Shown here: piece by piece, positions 1 to 6,099 of the stretch | Layout: every line of letters begins with the position of its first letter | Numbering within the stretch: the first letter of the stretch is position 1 | Source of the DNA: Eubacteriales bacterium | Lineage (GTDB): Bacteria; Bacillota; Clostridia; Oscillospirales; CAG-272 | Assembly: GCA_045603205.1 (NCBI GenBank) | Contig: JAZULS010000093.1 | Location: forward strand, 1-46,831 | Length of the DNA: 46,831 nucleotides | Reading direction: 5' to 3' | Program-made: the position numbers and the translations under genes | Notes under the pieces: generated by a model | Told to the model about the DNA's origin: nothing | The model's database searches: none | What the model saw: the letters and a program-made list of their open reading frames with translations, nothing else

Positions 1-116
1 AGCTTGTTGTAACTAACCTTCATAGCCATATTTGCGATTTTCCTTTCTCCATAAAAAGATTACATTTTATTATATTATAGCACAACGAGAACAGTTTTAC
101 AAGAGACTTTATCAAA

Positions 117-157
117 ACAAAAACAGACTTTCGCAAGTTGATGCGATAGTCTGTTTT
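117..157. terminator. Orphan terminator-like hairpin flanked by an A-run and a T-run
   Basis: AAACAGACT (121-129) pairs with AGTCTGTTT (148-156), with inner TCGC/GCGA pairs. The 5' flank is A-rich and the 3' flank is TTTTG. No credible gene lies next to it. Confidence 0.35.
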
Positions 158-384
158 GTCGGTAACACTTGGCCCTTGCTCTTGAAAAGCCAACACGATT
201 TTGTGTGTTGTATGCCGGGGCAGGTGCTTTTTATTGCACTGGCAAAGGGGTGATTTTGGAGTAAAAACAGGCGCAGTTCTATAAAAAATTCTAATAGACT
301 TTCCCAAAAATCAATTAGAACTCGGCAAAATCGAGAAGACTTTTAGACCTTGATTTTTACTGCGTTTTTGGTTATAAAAATGAT

Positions 385-410
385 AAAACCCCTGAAAACA
401 TCGGGGTTTT
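385..410. terminator. Orphan terminator-like hairpin
   Basis: AAAACCCC (385-392) pairs with GGGGTTTT (403-410) around a 10-nt loop. It could act in either orientation. No credible gene lies next to it. Confidence 0.35.
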
Positions 411-471
411 CGGGGTTCTCTTTGTTGCCGTTATCTTCCGTTATATTCCGCCAAGTTCGTTTTTTGACACC

Positions 472-530
472 CCACTCGAAATCAGTTTGCTGGCAACAGC
501 ACGAGGGTTCGAATTCCTCTCTCTGCGCCA
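472..530 (+). pseudogene. 3' half of a tRNA-Ser(CGA)-like gene (anticodon loop to CCA); the 5' half is absent
   Basis: Elements read in order: an anticodon-loop-like CTCGAAA (475-481), then TCAGT, then a long variable arm TGCTG-GCAA-CAGCA (488-501). The T arm is GAGGG-TTCGAAT-TCCTC (503-519) with a G:U closing pair. It ends with acceptor 3' strand TCTCTGC, discriminator G and CCA (528-530). No GCAGAGA acceptor 5' strand, D arm or ACTGA stem partner occurs in the ~100 nt upstream. Confidence 0.5.
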
Positions 531-541
531 AGGACAACCGT
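529..541 (+). repeat. Direct repeat copy 1, CAAGGACAACCGT, starting inside the CCA end of the tRNA fragment
   Basis: An exact 13-nt match to 1597-1609. In both copies the last bases (AACCGT) form the 5' arm of a hairpin. Confidence 0.7.
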
Positions 542-567
542 CATTCTGATACAACGGAATGACGGTT
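536..567 (+). terminator. Hairpin immediately after the tRNA fragment (terminator-like)
   Basis: AACCGTCATTC (536-546) pairs with GAATGACGGTT (557-567) around a 10-nt loop, followed by ATTTTAT. Confidence 0.45.
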
Positions 568-644
568 ATTTTATACCAAAAAAACAGAGTTTTGCTAACT
601 TTTGAACAGAGCAAATGACAAATAACTCGAACAGGTGTCCTTCC

Positions 645-722
645 AATCGTTAAAAGATTAGTAATCGTTGGTTTATACGACTAATCGTTGAAATATAGCG
701 CATATCGTTAAAACATACGGAC
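645..722 (+). repeat. Four phased, imperfect ~20-bp direct repeats with core (A/T)ATCGTT(A/G)
   Basis: Core hexamers start at 645 (AATCGTTAAAAG), 663 (AATCGTTGGTTT), 683 (AATCGTTGAAAT) and 703 (TATCGTTAAAAC). Spacings are 18, 20 and 20 nt. Each unit ends in ATA(C/G)-like bases. Confidence 0.6.
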
Positions 723-789
723 ACAGAACTAAAAAAGTCAGAAATTGCCGTGTCAACCAATAAGATACCACCAATGTTTTGTAAAACCA

Positions 790-817
790 TTGTTCAAAAC
801 AAAAATTATGATATAAT
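790..817 (+). promoter_or_regulatory. Candidate sigma-A promoter of the XRE gene, overlapped by an inverted repeat
   Basis: TTGTTC (790-795), a 16-nt spacer, then TGA-TATAAT (extended -10, 812-817). The inverted repeat TGTTTTG (775-781) / CAAAACA (795-801) spans the -35 region. Confidence 0.4.
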
Positions 818-841
818 TACCTACACAAGGAGGTGGTCAGC

Positions 842-1519
842 GTGGAAAAGATAGGCACCATTATACGAAATCATAGGATAGCGCAAGGACTAACCCAAGA
901 AGAGCTTGGGGCAAAGGTTTTTGTCAGCAAACAGGCTGTTTCGAAATGGGAAACAGGAAAAACGCTCCCAGACATTGGAATGGTTAGAAAGCTATGTGAT
1001 ATTTTGGAAATAAGTAAAGACGAAATTTTAGGCGGCTCGATAGAAGAAACGAAGAAAAATCGTAAATGGCTGAAAATAGTTAGCATTATTTCTGTAGTAA
1101 GTATTTTGGTTGCATTGTTTTTTGGATTGGGTGGATTTGACTACATAGATCGGCACACACAATCAGGCGTTGCGTATATATCTGTATTTTGGAACGGCGA
1201 ATTGCTCACAACCGACGAATACAGTATAACCAGCGATGTTGCCTTTGATGATTTCAGGAATGGCTATAAATCTGAAATCGACTACGGGGAAATCCGGGGA
1301 ACAATAAACCTATCCCAAAAGTACAATATAGAGTTTGGTTTTGCAAATACAAATAATTGGCATAACGTTCACATTCGTTTAGATATAGAAGAGCAAAACG
1401 GTCAACTTGTAGTCAAGCAAACTATCAGTTACGAAACGGATAACAAAGTTTATCAGGTTACAGTGACCGAGAACACTACAACTGATAATAAGGTGTCAGT
1501 TTACAGAGAAGGTGTATAG
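842..1519 (+). CDS. Membrane-anchored XRE-family (HTH_3) transcriptional regulator with an uncharacterised C-terminal domain
   Basis: The N-terminus IRNHRIAQGLTQEELGAKVFVSKQAVSKWETGKTLP is a classic XRE helix-turn-helix. One hydrophobic segment (WLKIVSIISVVSILVALFFGLGG) follows, then ~125 aa with no motif I recognise. The track start GTG 833 lies inside the AAGGAGG RBS (827-833). GTG 842, 8 nt downstream, is the likelier start. Confidence 0.75.
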   Translation: MEKIGTIIRNHRIAQGLTQEELGAKVFVSKQAVSKWETGKTLPDIGMVRKLCDILEISKDEILGGSIEETKKNRKWLKIVSIISVVSILVALFFGLGGFDYIDRHTQSGVAYISVFWNGELLTTDEYSITSDVAFDDFRNGYKSEIDYGEIRGTINLSQKYNIEFGFANTNNWHNVHIRLDIEEQNGQLVVKQTISYETDNKVYQVTVTENTTTDNKVSVYREGV

Positions 1520-1541
1520 TTTTGCACCCCCTGACCTAAAA

Positions 1542-1576
1542 TGCACCCCCTAAACCTAAAAGGGGGTGCATTTTTA
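1542..1576 (+). terminator. Intrinsic terminator of the XRE gene
   Basis: TGCACCCCCT (1542-1551) pairs with AGGGGGTGCA (1561-1570), followed by TTTTT. The 5' arm and loop are tandemly duplicated (1523-1541 resembles 1542-1561), so two alternative hairpins are possible. Confidence 0.7.
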
Positions 1577-1596
1577 TTAAAATTAGGGTTAGTCTT

Positions 1597-1609
1597 CAAG
1601 GACAACCGT
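1597..1609 (+). repeat. Direct repeat copy 2, CAAGGACAACCGT
   Basis: An exact 13-nt match to 529-541. It is followed by the hairpin AACCGTAATC (1604-1613) / GATTACGGTT (1618-1627) with loop TTCG, then ATTCTTT. Confidence 0.7.
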
Positions 1610-1649
1610 AATCTTCGGATTACGGTTATTCTTTAAAGGCACCAAAACA

Positions 1650-1678
1650 AAGACCATCGATCGTAATTCGATGGTCTT
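1650..1678. terminator. Bidirectional terminator downstream of the histidine kinase gene
   Basis: AAGACCATCGA (1650-1660) pairs with TCGATGGTCTT (1668-1678). An A-run lies on one side and a T-run on the other. It sits 9 nt from the kinase stop codon (1687). Confidence 0.65.
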
Positions 1679-1686
1679 TTCTTATC

Positions 1687-3333
1687 TCAAAATATAACTT
1701 TCACGCTTGTCCCGACTCCAACCTCGCTGTCGATTGTGACCTTGCCCCTGTGGAACTGTACGGCGTGCTTCATGATGGAAAGTCCAAGTCCCGTGCCGCC
1801 CGTTTCCTTGGAGTGACTCTTGTCAACGCGGTAGAAACGCTCAAATATTCTTCCAAGGTGCTCAGGCGGAATTCCGATGCCCGTGTCGCTAACGGTAAGG
1901 GTAGTGTGACCTTCCTCCTTGCCGATGGTAACTGTCACGGAGCCACCTTCTACGTTGTACCTTATGGCGTTGTCGCAAAGGTTGTAGATTATCTCGTAAA
2001 CGTAACGGCGGACACCGAAAATTGATACGTTTTCACCTTGAACATTTAGAGTGACGCTCTTTTTGTCAGCAGAAGGGAAGAGCACGTCTCTGACTTCCGC
2101 TGCAACGGATAACAGATCCACGGTTTCTGTGGCAGGCTCGTGGTTTTCATCAAGCTGAGAAAGTCTGATGATATCGTTTATCAAACTTACAAGTCTTGTT
2201 GCCTCATTTTTAATGTTTCCGACGAATCTGTCCATGTCTTCGGCTTTTACAAGACCTGTTTCGAGGAGTTCTGCACTGCCAATGATGCTTTGCAGAGGAG
2301 TTTTTAGCTCGTGACTAACATTAGCGGTGAATTCCTGACGGTTTCGCTCGGCAAAAGCTTTGTCCGTGATGTCGAAAATCAGGATAAGAGCACCAAGAGT
2401 CTTTCCGTCGGTCTTGATCGGGCTTATATTAAATTGAAATTCACTTCCGTTCCGCTGCTCGGTAAATTCCTTGTGCTGGCCGTCGAGAACATCCCAGATG
2501 GCGCTGTTCATCTTGCTCGATCTGTCAAGAAGGAGCAGATCACTGCCGCTCATGTCGTTTTTGAGGCCGAAAATGCGTCTTGCGGAAGCGTTCATGCTTA
2601 GGATCATACCGTGTTCGTCCAGCAGAATAAGTCCTTCGTTCATCGAGGAGATGATGTGTTCGAATTCGTCGGATTTTCGCTTCAGCGTCTCTATTTGAGA
2701 CTTTATTTGTTTGTGTTGCTTGTGAAGCTTTTTGAGAATGGGAGTCAATTCCTCGTAAGCGTCGTTTTCCTTGGGATGATCTAAGTCAAGCTGCATCAGC
2801 GGCTCTGTGATCTTCTTTGCCATTGCGTGAGAGAGCACGAGGGCAACGATCATTACTACAAGAATGATGGCACATATAGCAGGGAGCATACTTAGAATCA
2901 GTGCCCCCACCGTCAGCTGCTTGACGGAAATACGAAGCACGTCTCCGCTCTCAAGCTTTACCGCTTCGTAGAACGTTTTTTGAGTTAATGTGAGGGAGTT
3001 ACGGGCGCTGCTGCCTTTACCGTCCCTCAAAGCCTCTTTGACTTCCTCTCGATCAGAGTGATTTTCCATACTTGCGGTATCAACTTCCGTATCGTAGAGA
3101 ACAACTCCGCTTTCATCAATTACCGTAAAGCGAAATACCGTGGAGTTGAAGTTTTCGAAATATTCGATTCCTACGTCGTTAACCGTATCAGTAACGAGAG
3201 AAAGCTCTCCTTTGAGTCTGTTTACCTGAGACGTGTTGAAGTAGTTGTAAAGAAAGGACGTGGCAACAACGAGCACAAGAAGCAGAACGATCATAGAAAC
3301 GTTCAGTATTGAATGAAATATCTTTTTCGTCAC
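1687..3333 (-). CDS. PhoR-like sensor histidine kinase (two TM segments, extracytoplasmic domain, PAS, HisKA, HATPase_c)
   Basis: H-box FTANVSHELKTPLQSI; N/G boxes DNAIRYN and DTGIGIP...GGTGLGLSI. GTG start, with a 4-nt GTGA overlap onto the upstream response regulator. The locus is adjacent to a Na/Pi cotransporter. Confidence 0.8.
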   Translation of the reverse strand: MTKKIFHSILNVSMIVLLLVLVVATSFLYNYFNTSQVNRLKGELSLVTDTVNDVGIEYFENFNSTVFRFTVIDESGVVLYDTEVDTASMENHSDREEVKEALRDGKGSSARNSLTLTQKTFYEAVKLESGDVLRISVKQLTVGALILSMLPAICAIILVVMIVALVLSHAMAKKITEPLMQLDLDHPKENDAYEELTPILKKLHKQHKQIKSQIETLKRKSDEFEHIISSMNEGLILLDEHGMILSMNASARRIFGLKNDMSGSDLLLLDRSSKMNSAIWDVLDGQHKEFTEQRNGSEFQFNISPIKTDGKTLGALILIFDITDKAFAERNRQEFTANVSHELKTPLQSIIGSAELLETGLVKAEDMDRFVGNIKNEATRLVSLINDIIRLSQLDENHEPATETVDLLSVAAEVRDVLFPSADKKSVTLNVQGENVSIFGVRRYVYEIIYNLCDNAIRYNVEGGSVTVTIGKEEGHTTLTVSDTGIGIPPEHLGRIFERFYRVDKSHSKETGGTGLGLSIMKHAVQFHRGKVTIDSEVGVGTSVKVIF

Positions 3334-4004
3334 GGTGTGGGCTCCAGTCTGTATCCTACACCGATGACAGTCTTTATCTGACCTGCGGCAGAGCCGAGTT
3401 TTTGCCTGAGAGTTTTAATATGCATGTCCACAGTTCGCGATTCACCCACAAAGTCCGTGCCCCAGATGTCGTTCATCAGCTTTTCCCGGGTTAAAACGAT
3501 GTTGGGGTTCTTCATGAAAAGTTTCAAAATATCGAACTCCTTGTTTGTGAGACTGATCTTTTCGTCTTTTACCAATACGGAGTGCTCAAGCTCCTTTAAC
3601 GTGATGTCTCCCAAGATAATATCACTTTGAACGTCGCTTTTTTTCGTGCGACGGAGAACTGCGTTTATACGTGCCACCATTTCCATGACTCCGAAGGGCT
3701 TTACTAAGTAGTCGTCGGCACCGGAGTTAAGTCCGCCTATCTTGTCTATTTCAGTACCCTTAGCGGTAGCCATTATGACCGGAATGTCTGCAGTTTTATG
3801 GTCGGCGCGAAGCCTGCTGAGCACCTCAAGACCGTCGATCTCCGGCATCATTATGTCAAGAATTATAAGATCAGGCTTCTCGGTTTGGAGAGACTCCAGC
3901 ATTGAGATCCCATCTGCAAAACCGCGAGCCGTAAATCCCGTTTGCTCTAATGTATAGACTTCTATCTCGCGTATAGTTTTGTCGTCGTCAACACACCATA
4001 TCAT
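3330..4004 (-). CDS. OmpR/PhoB-family response regulator (PhoP-like)
   Basis: Receiver motifs DDD and LIILDIMMPEIDG. The winged-helix C-terminus ends in GVGYRLE. ATG 4004 lies 10 nt after GAGG; the track start GTG 4010 is too close to the RBS. Confidence 0.85.
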   Translation of the reverse strand: MIWCVDDDKTIREIEVYTLEQTGFTARGFADGISMLESLQTEKPDLIILDIMMPEIDGLEVLSRLRADHKTADIPVIMATAKGTEIDKIGGLNSGADDYLVKPFGVMEMVARINAVLRRTKKSDVQSDIILGDITLKELEHSVLVKDEKISLTNKEFDILKLFMKNPNIVLTREKLMNDIWGTDFVGESRTVDMHIKTLRQKLGSAAGQIKTVIGVGYRLEPTP

Positions 4005-4080
4005 ATTCACGACACCTCACAATTTCAGTATGTAATATTATTATATCCGCTTGCGTCGTTTTCTGCAAGTCCTGACGTTA

Positions 4081-4128
4081 AAACTTCTGAAAGTGACATT
4101 CCTTTGTGAGTGCCACTTTCAGAAGTTT
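4081..4128 (-). terminator. Long hairpin after the Na/Pi cotransporter gene
   Basis: A 15-bp perfect stem AAACTTCTGAAAGTG (4081-4095) / CACTTTCAGAAGTTT (4114-4128). The U-tract in the minus-strand transcript is short. Confidence 0.55.
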
Positions 4129-4136
4129 AAGATTAA

Positions 4137-5885
4137 TTAGAGAACGGAAAGATATTTCTTAGTATATTCCGTGTATTTTTCTCTGTAGAACTCGTTATCG
4201 CTTCTGAGCAGTTTGAGGGACTCGTGGAGATTCATACTGCGATCGCGAAGATCCATAACACAGCCTGCGATGTTAGAACAGTGGTCTGCGACTCTCTCCA
4301 TGTTTGTAATCAGGTCGTTCCATACGAAGCCCACCTCAATGCCGCACTCACCATCACGAAGCCTGTCGATGTGTCGGGTTCTGAGAAGTTCCTTCATTCT
4401 GTCGATAACCTGCTCAAGAGGTTCTATAAACTTAGCTTCCTCGGCGTTTTCACGAAGGAATGCGAAATGTGACATATCAACGATCTCAACGGTAGCGTCT
4501 GAAAGGGCACTTAACTCATTACGCGCACTTTCGGAGAAAACGATGCCTTTCTCACGCATCTCTTCAGCAGACTCGAGAATGTTTACCGCATGGTCGGAGA
4601 TACGCTCGAAGTCACCGATGGCTTTTAGGAGCATCGAAGCCACCGCGCCTTCGTTTTCATTGAGCTGCTTGGTACTGAGCTTCACCAGATAGCTTCCGAT
4701 AACGTCTTCAAGACGGTCGCTCTTATCTTCGGATTCGCGGATTGCCTCAGCTTTAGTCTTGTCGTAATCTGTAAGGCAGTCGATACTGTTTCTAAGAGCT
4801 TCTGTAGAGAGCTCTGCCATTGTATTTGTGAGATTACGGGCACACTCAAGAGCGATGGCAGGGGTAACGAGGAGTCTTTCATCAAGTTCGGGAGCCTTTT
4901 CAACCTGATCGTTTTCCGGGATGAGCTTGTAGGCAAGTTTTTCAAGAAGTCCGGACATGGGGAGAAGAAGAAGGGTACATACAACGTTGAACACAGAGTG
5001 AGCAGTTGCAATTCCGGCATAGCTTGCCGCTTCATCCAGAAGAGCAGGAGCAAAGATTGCTCTGATCACGGCAAATCCGCTGAGGCATGCGATAGTTCCG
5101 ATGACGTTAAAGGATAAGTGTACGAGAGCGGCTCTTCTTGCATTTTTCGCAGTTCCAACGGAAGAGAGGAGTGCCGTGATACAAGTGCCGATGTTCTGTC
5201 CCATAATGATCGGGATAGTCGCACCGTAGGAAACAGCGCCCGTAGCCGCAAGAGCCTGAAGAATACCAACGGAAGCGGAGCTGGACTGAATGATTGCTGT
5301 GAGGATAGCACCCACAAGAACGCCGAGAATGGGATTCTTGAACATTAAGAACATATCCTGGAATGCGGGGATGTCCTTGAGACCGGAAACAGCATCAGTC
5401 ATGGTTTCCATGCCGAACATAAGAGTTGCAAAGCCCAGAAGAACAACGCCGATGTCCTTCTTCTTGTTGCTCTTGGTGAACATTAGAAGAGCAATACCGA
5501 TAAGAGCAAGAACGGGGGTGAAGGAGGAGGGTTTAAGCAGTTTAAGGAACATATTGCTTCCTGAAATTCCGCTGAGGCTCAGTATCCACGCGGTAACCGT
5601 AGTACCGATGGTGGCGCCCATGATTACGTGGATCGCCTGCTTGAGCGTCATAAGCTTGGAGTTTACAAAGCCTACGACCATAACTGTGGTTGCGGAGGAG
5701 CTTTGGATAATAGCAGTTACTCCGAGACCTGTAAGAAGACCTGCCAGCTTTCCCGTGGTGAGCTTTCCGATCATGATCTCAAGCTTGCTTCCTGCACTAC
5801 GCTCAAGGGCGTCACCCATAAGATTCATTCCGAAGAGGAAGAGGCAAAGTCCGCCGATGAGGGTCAACACGTTAAAAATATCCAT
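4137..5885 (-). CDS. Na+/phosphate cotransporter family protein with C-terminal PhoU-like repeats
   Basis: The QSSSAT/QSSSAS motif is duplicated in the membrane domain. The ~230-aa helical C-terminus is of the PhoU type (ERISDHAVNI, ERVADHCSNI). Confidence 0.85.
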   Translation of the reverse strand: MDIFNVLTLIGGLCLFLFGMNLMGDALERSAGSKLEIMIGKLTTGKLAGLLTGLGVTAIIQSSSATTVMVVGFVNSKLMTLKQAIHVIMGATIGTTVTAWILSLSGISGSNMFLKLLKPSSFTPVLALIGIALLMFTKSNKKKDIGVVLLGFATLMFGMETMTDAVSGLKDIPAFQDMFLMFKNPILGVLVGAILTAIIQSSSASVGILQALAATGAVSYGATIPIIMGQNIGTCITALLSSVGTAKNARRAALVHLSFNVIGTIACLSGFAVIRAIFAPALLDEAASYAGIATAHSVFNVVCTLLLLPMSGLLEKLAYKLIPENDQVEKAPELDERLLVTPAIALECARNLTNTMAELSTEALRNSIDCLTDYDKTKAEAIRESEDKSDRLEDVIGSYLVKLSTKQLNENEGAVASMLLKAIGDFERISDHAVNILESAEEMREKGIVFSESARNELSALSDATVEIVDMSHFAFLRENAEEAKFIEPLEQVIDRMKELLRTRHIDRLRDGECGIEVGFVWNDLITNMERVADHCSNIAGCVMDLRDRSMNLHESLKLLRSDNEFYREKYTEYTKKYLSVL

Positions 5886-5929
5886 ATGAAATGACCTCGT
5901 TTTTATCTGTGAATTTTAATATTATTTGC

Positions 5930-5984
5930 TTTACAGATTAATTTTACATTATCCTTGTAAAATCCACGAGCTGAGTCTTGTAAA
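5930..5984. promoter_or_regulatory. Cluster of TTTACA-type hexamers (candidate Pho boxes) in the divergent promoter region
   Basis: TTTACA lies on the plus strand at 5930-5935 and 5943-5948. Its complement TTGTAAA lies at 5955-5961 and 5978-5984. On the transporter strand this gives two TTTACAA direct repeats 23 bp apart, upstream of a TAATAT -10-like element. Confidence 0.3.
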
Positions 5985-6032
5985 ATTGACGTAAAATAGA
6001 CTCATATTAAAAAGCAAAGATGCACTTCCTTA

Positions 6033-6061
6033 TTGCAAAATCCTTTCAAAAATATTATAAT
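6033..6061 (+). promoter_or_regulatory. Candidate sigma-A promoter of the MATE gene
   Basis: TTGCAA (6033-6038), a 17-nt spacer, then TATAAT (6056-6061). Confidence 0.5.
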
Positions 6062-6099
6062 TATGGAAGACAAAACAAAAAGTACGAGAGGGAATCGTT

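Noticed and set aside
1-29. A possible 5' end of a leftward gene (minus strand ATG GCT ATG AAG GTT AGT TAC AAC AAG..., preceded by an AAGGAAAA RBS)
   Set aside because: Only 9 codons lie inside the window, too little to identify or even to be confident it is coding. I note it only because it would make 30-832 a long divergent intergenic region.
270-530. A possible tmRNA or other tRNA-like RNA: GGCGCAG (270-276) is perfectly complementary to CTGCGCC (523-529), and the 3' end resembles a tmRNA T arm/acceptor
   Set aside because: There is no G3:U70 alanine identity pair, no GGxUUCGAC-type 5' domain, no tag reading frame ending in an Ala-rich peptide plus stop, and the interior is AT-rich and unstructured. 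The 3' segment is better explained as a tRNA-Ser 3' half with acceptor strand TCTCTGC plus G plus CCA. The 7-mer match is most likely coincidental.
20-562. ORF-track ORFs 20-307, 32-253, 343-537 and 350-562 in the AT-rich left edge
   Set aside because: They have no RBS, overlap one another on both strands, run through terminator-like hairpins or the tRNA fragment, and have improbable composition. I treat them as non-coding.
5290-5889. Other long antisense or shadow ORFs: 5290-5889, 14480-15145, 25696-26208, 28279-28881, 33005-33508, 35587-36249 and 41977-42702
   Set aside because: Each is fully nested opposite or out of frame within a gene that has strong family motifs. None has an RBS or a recognisable domain.
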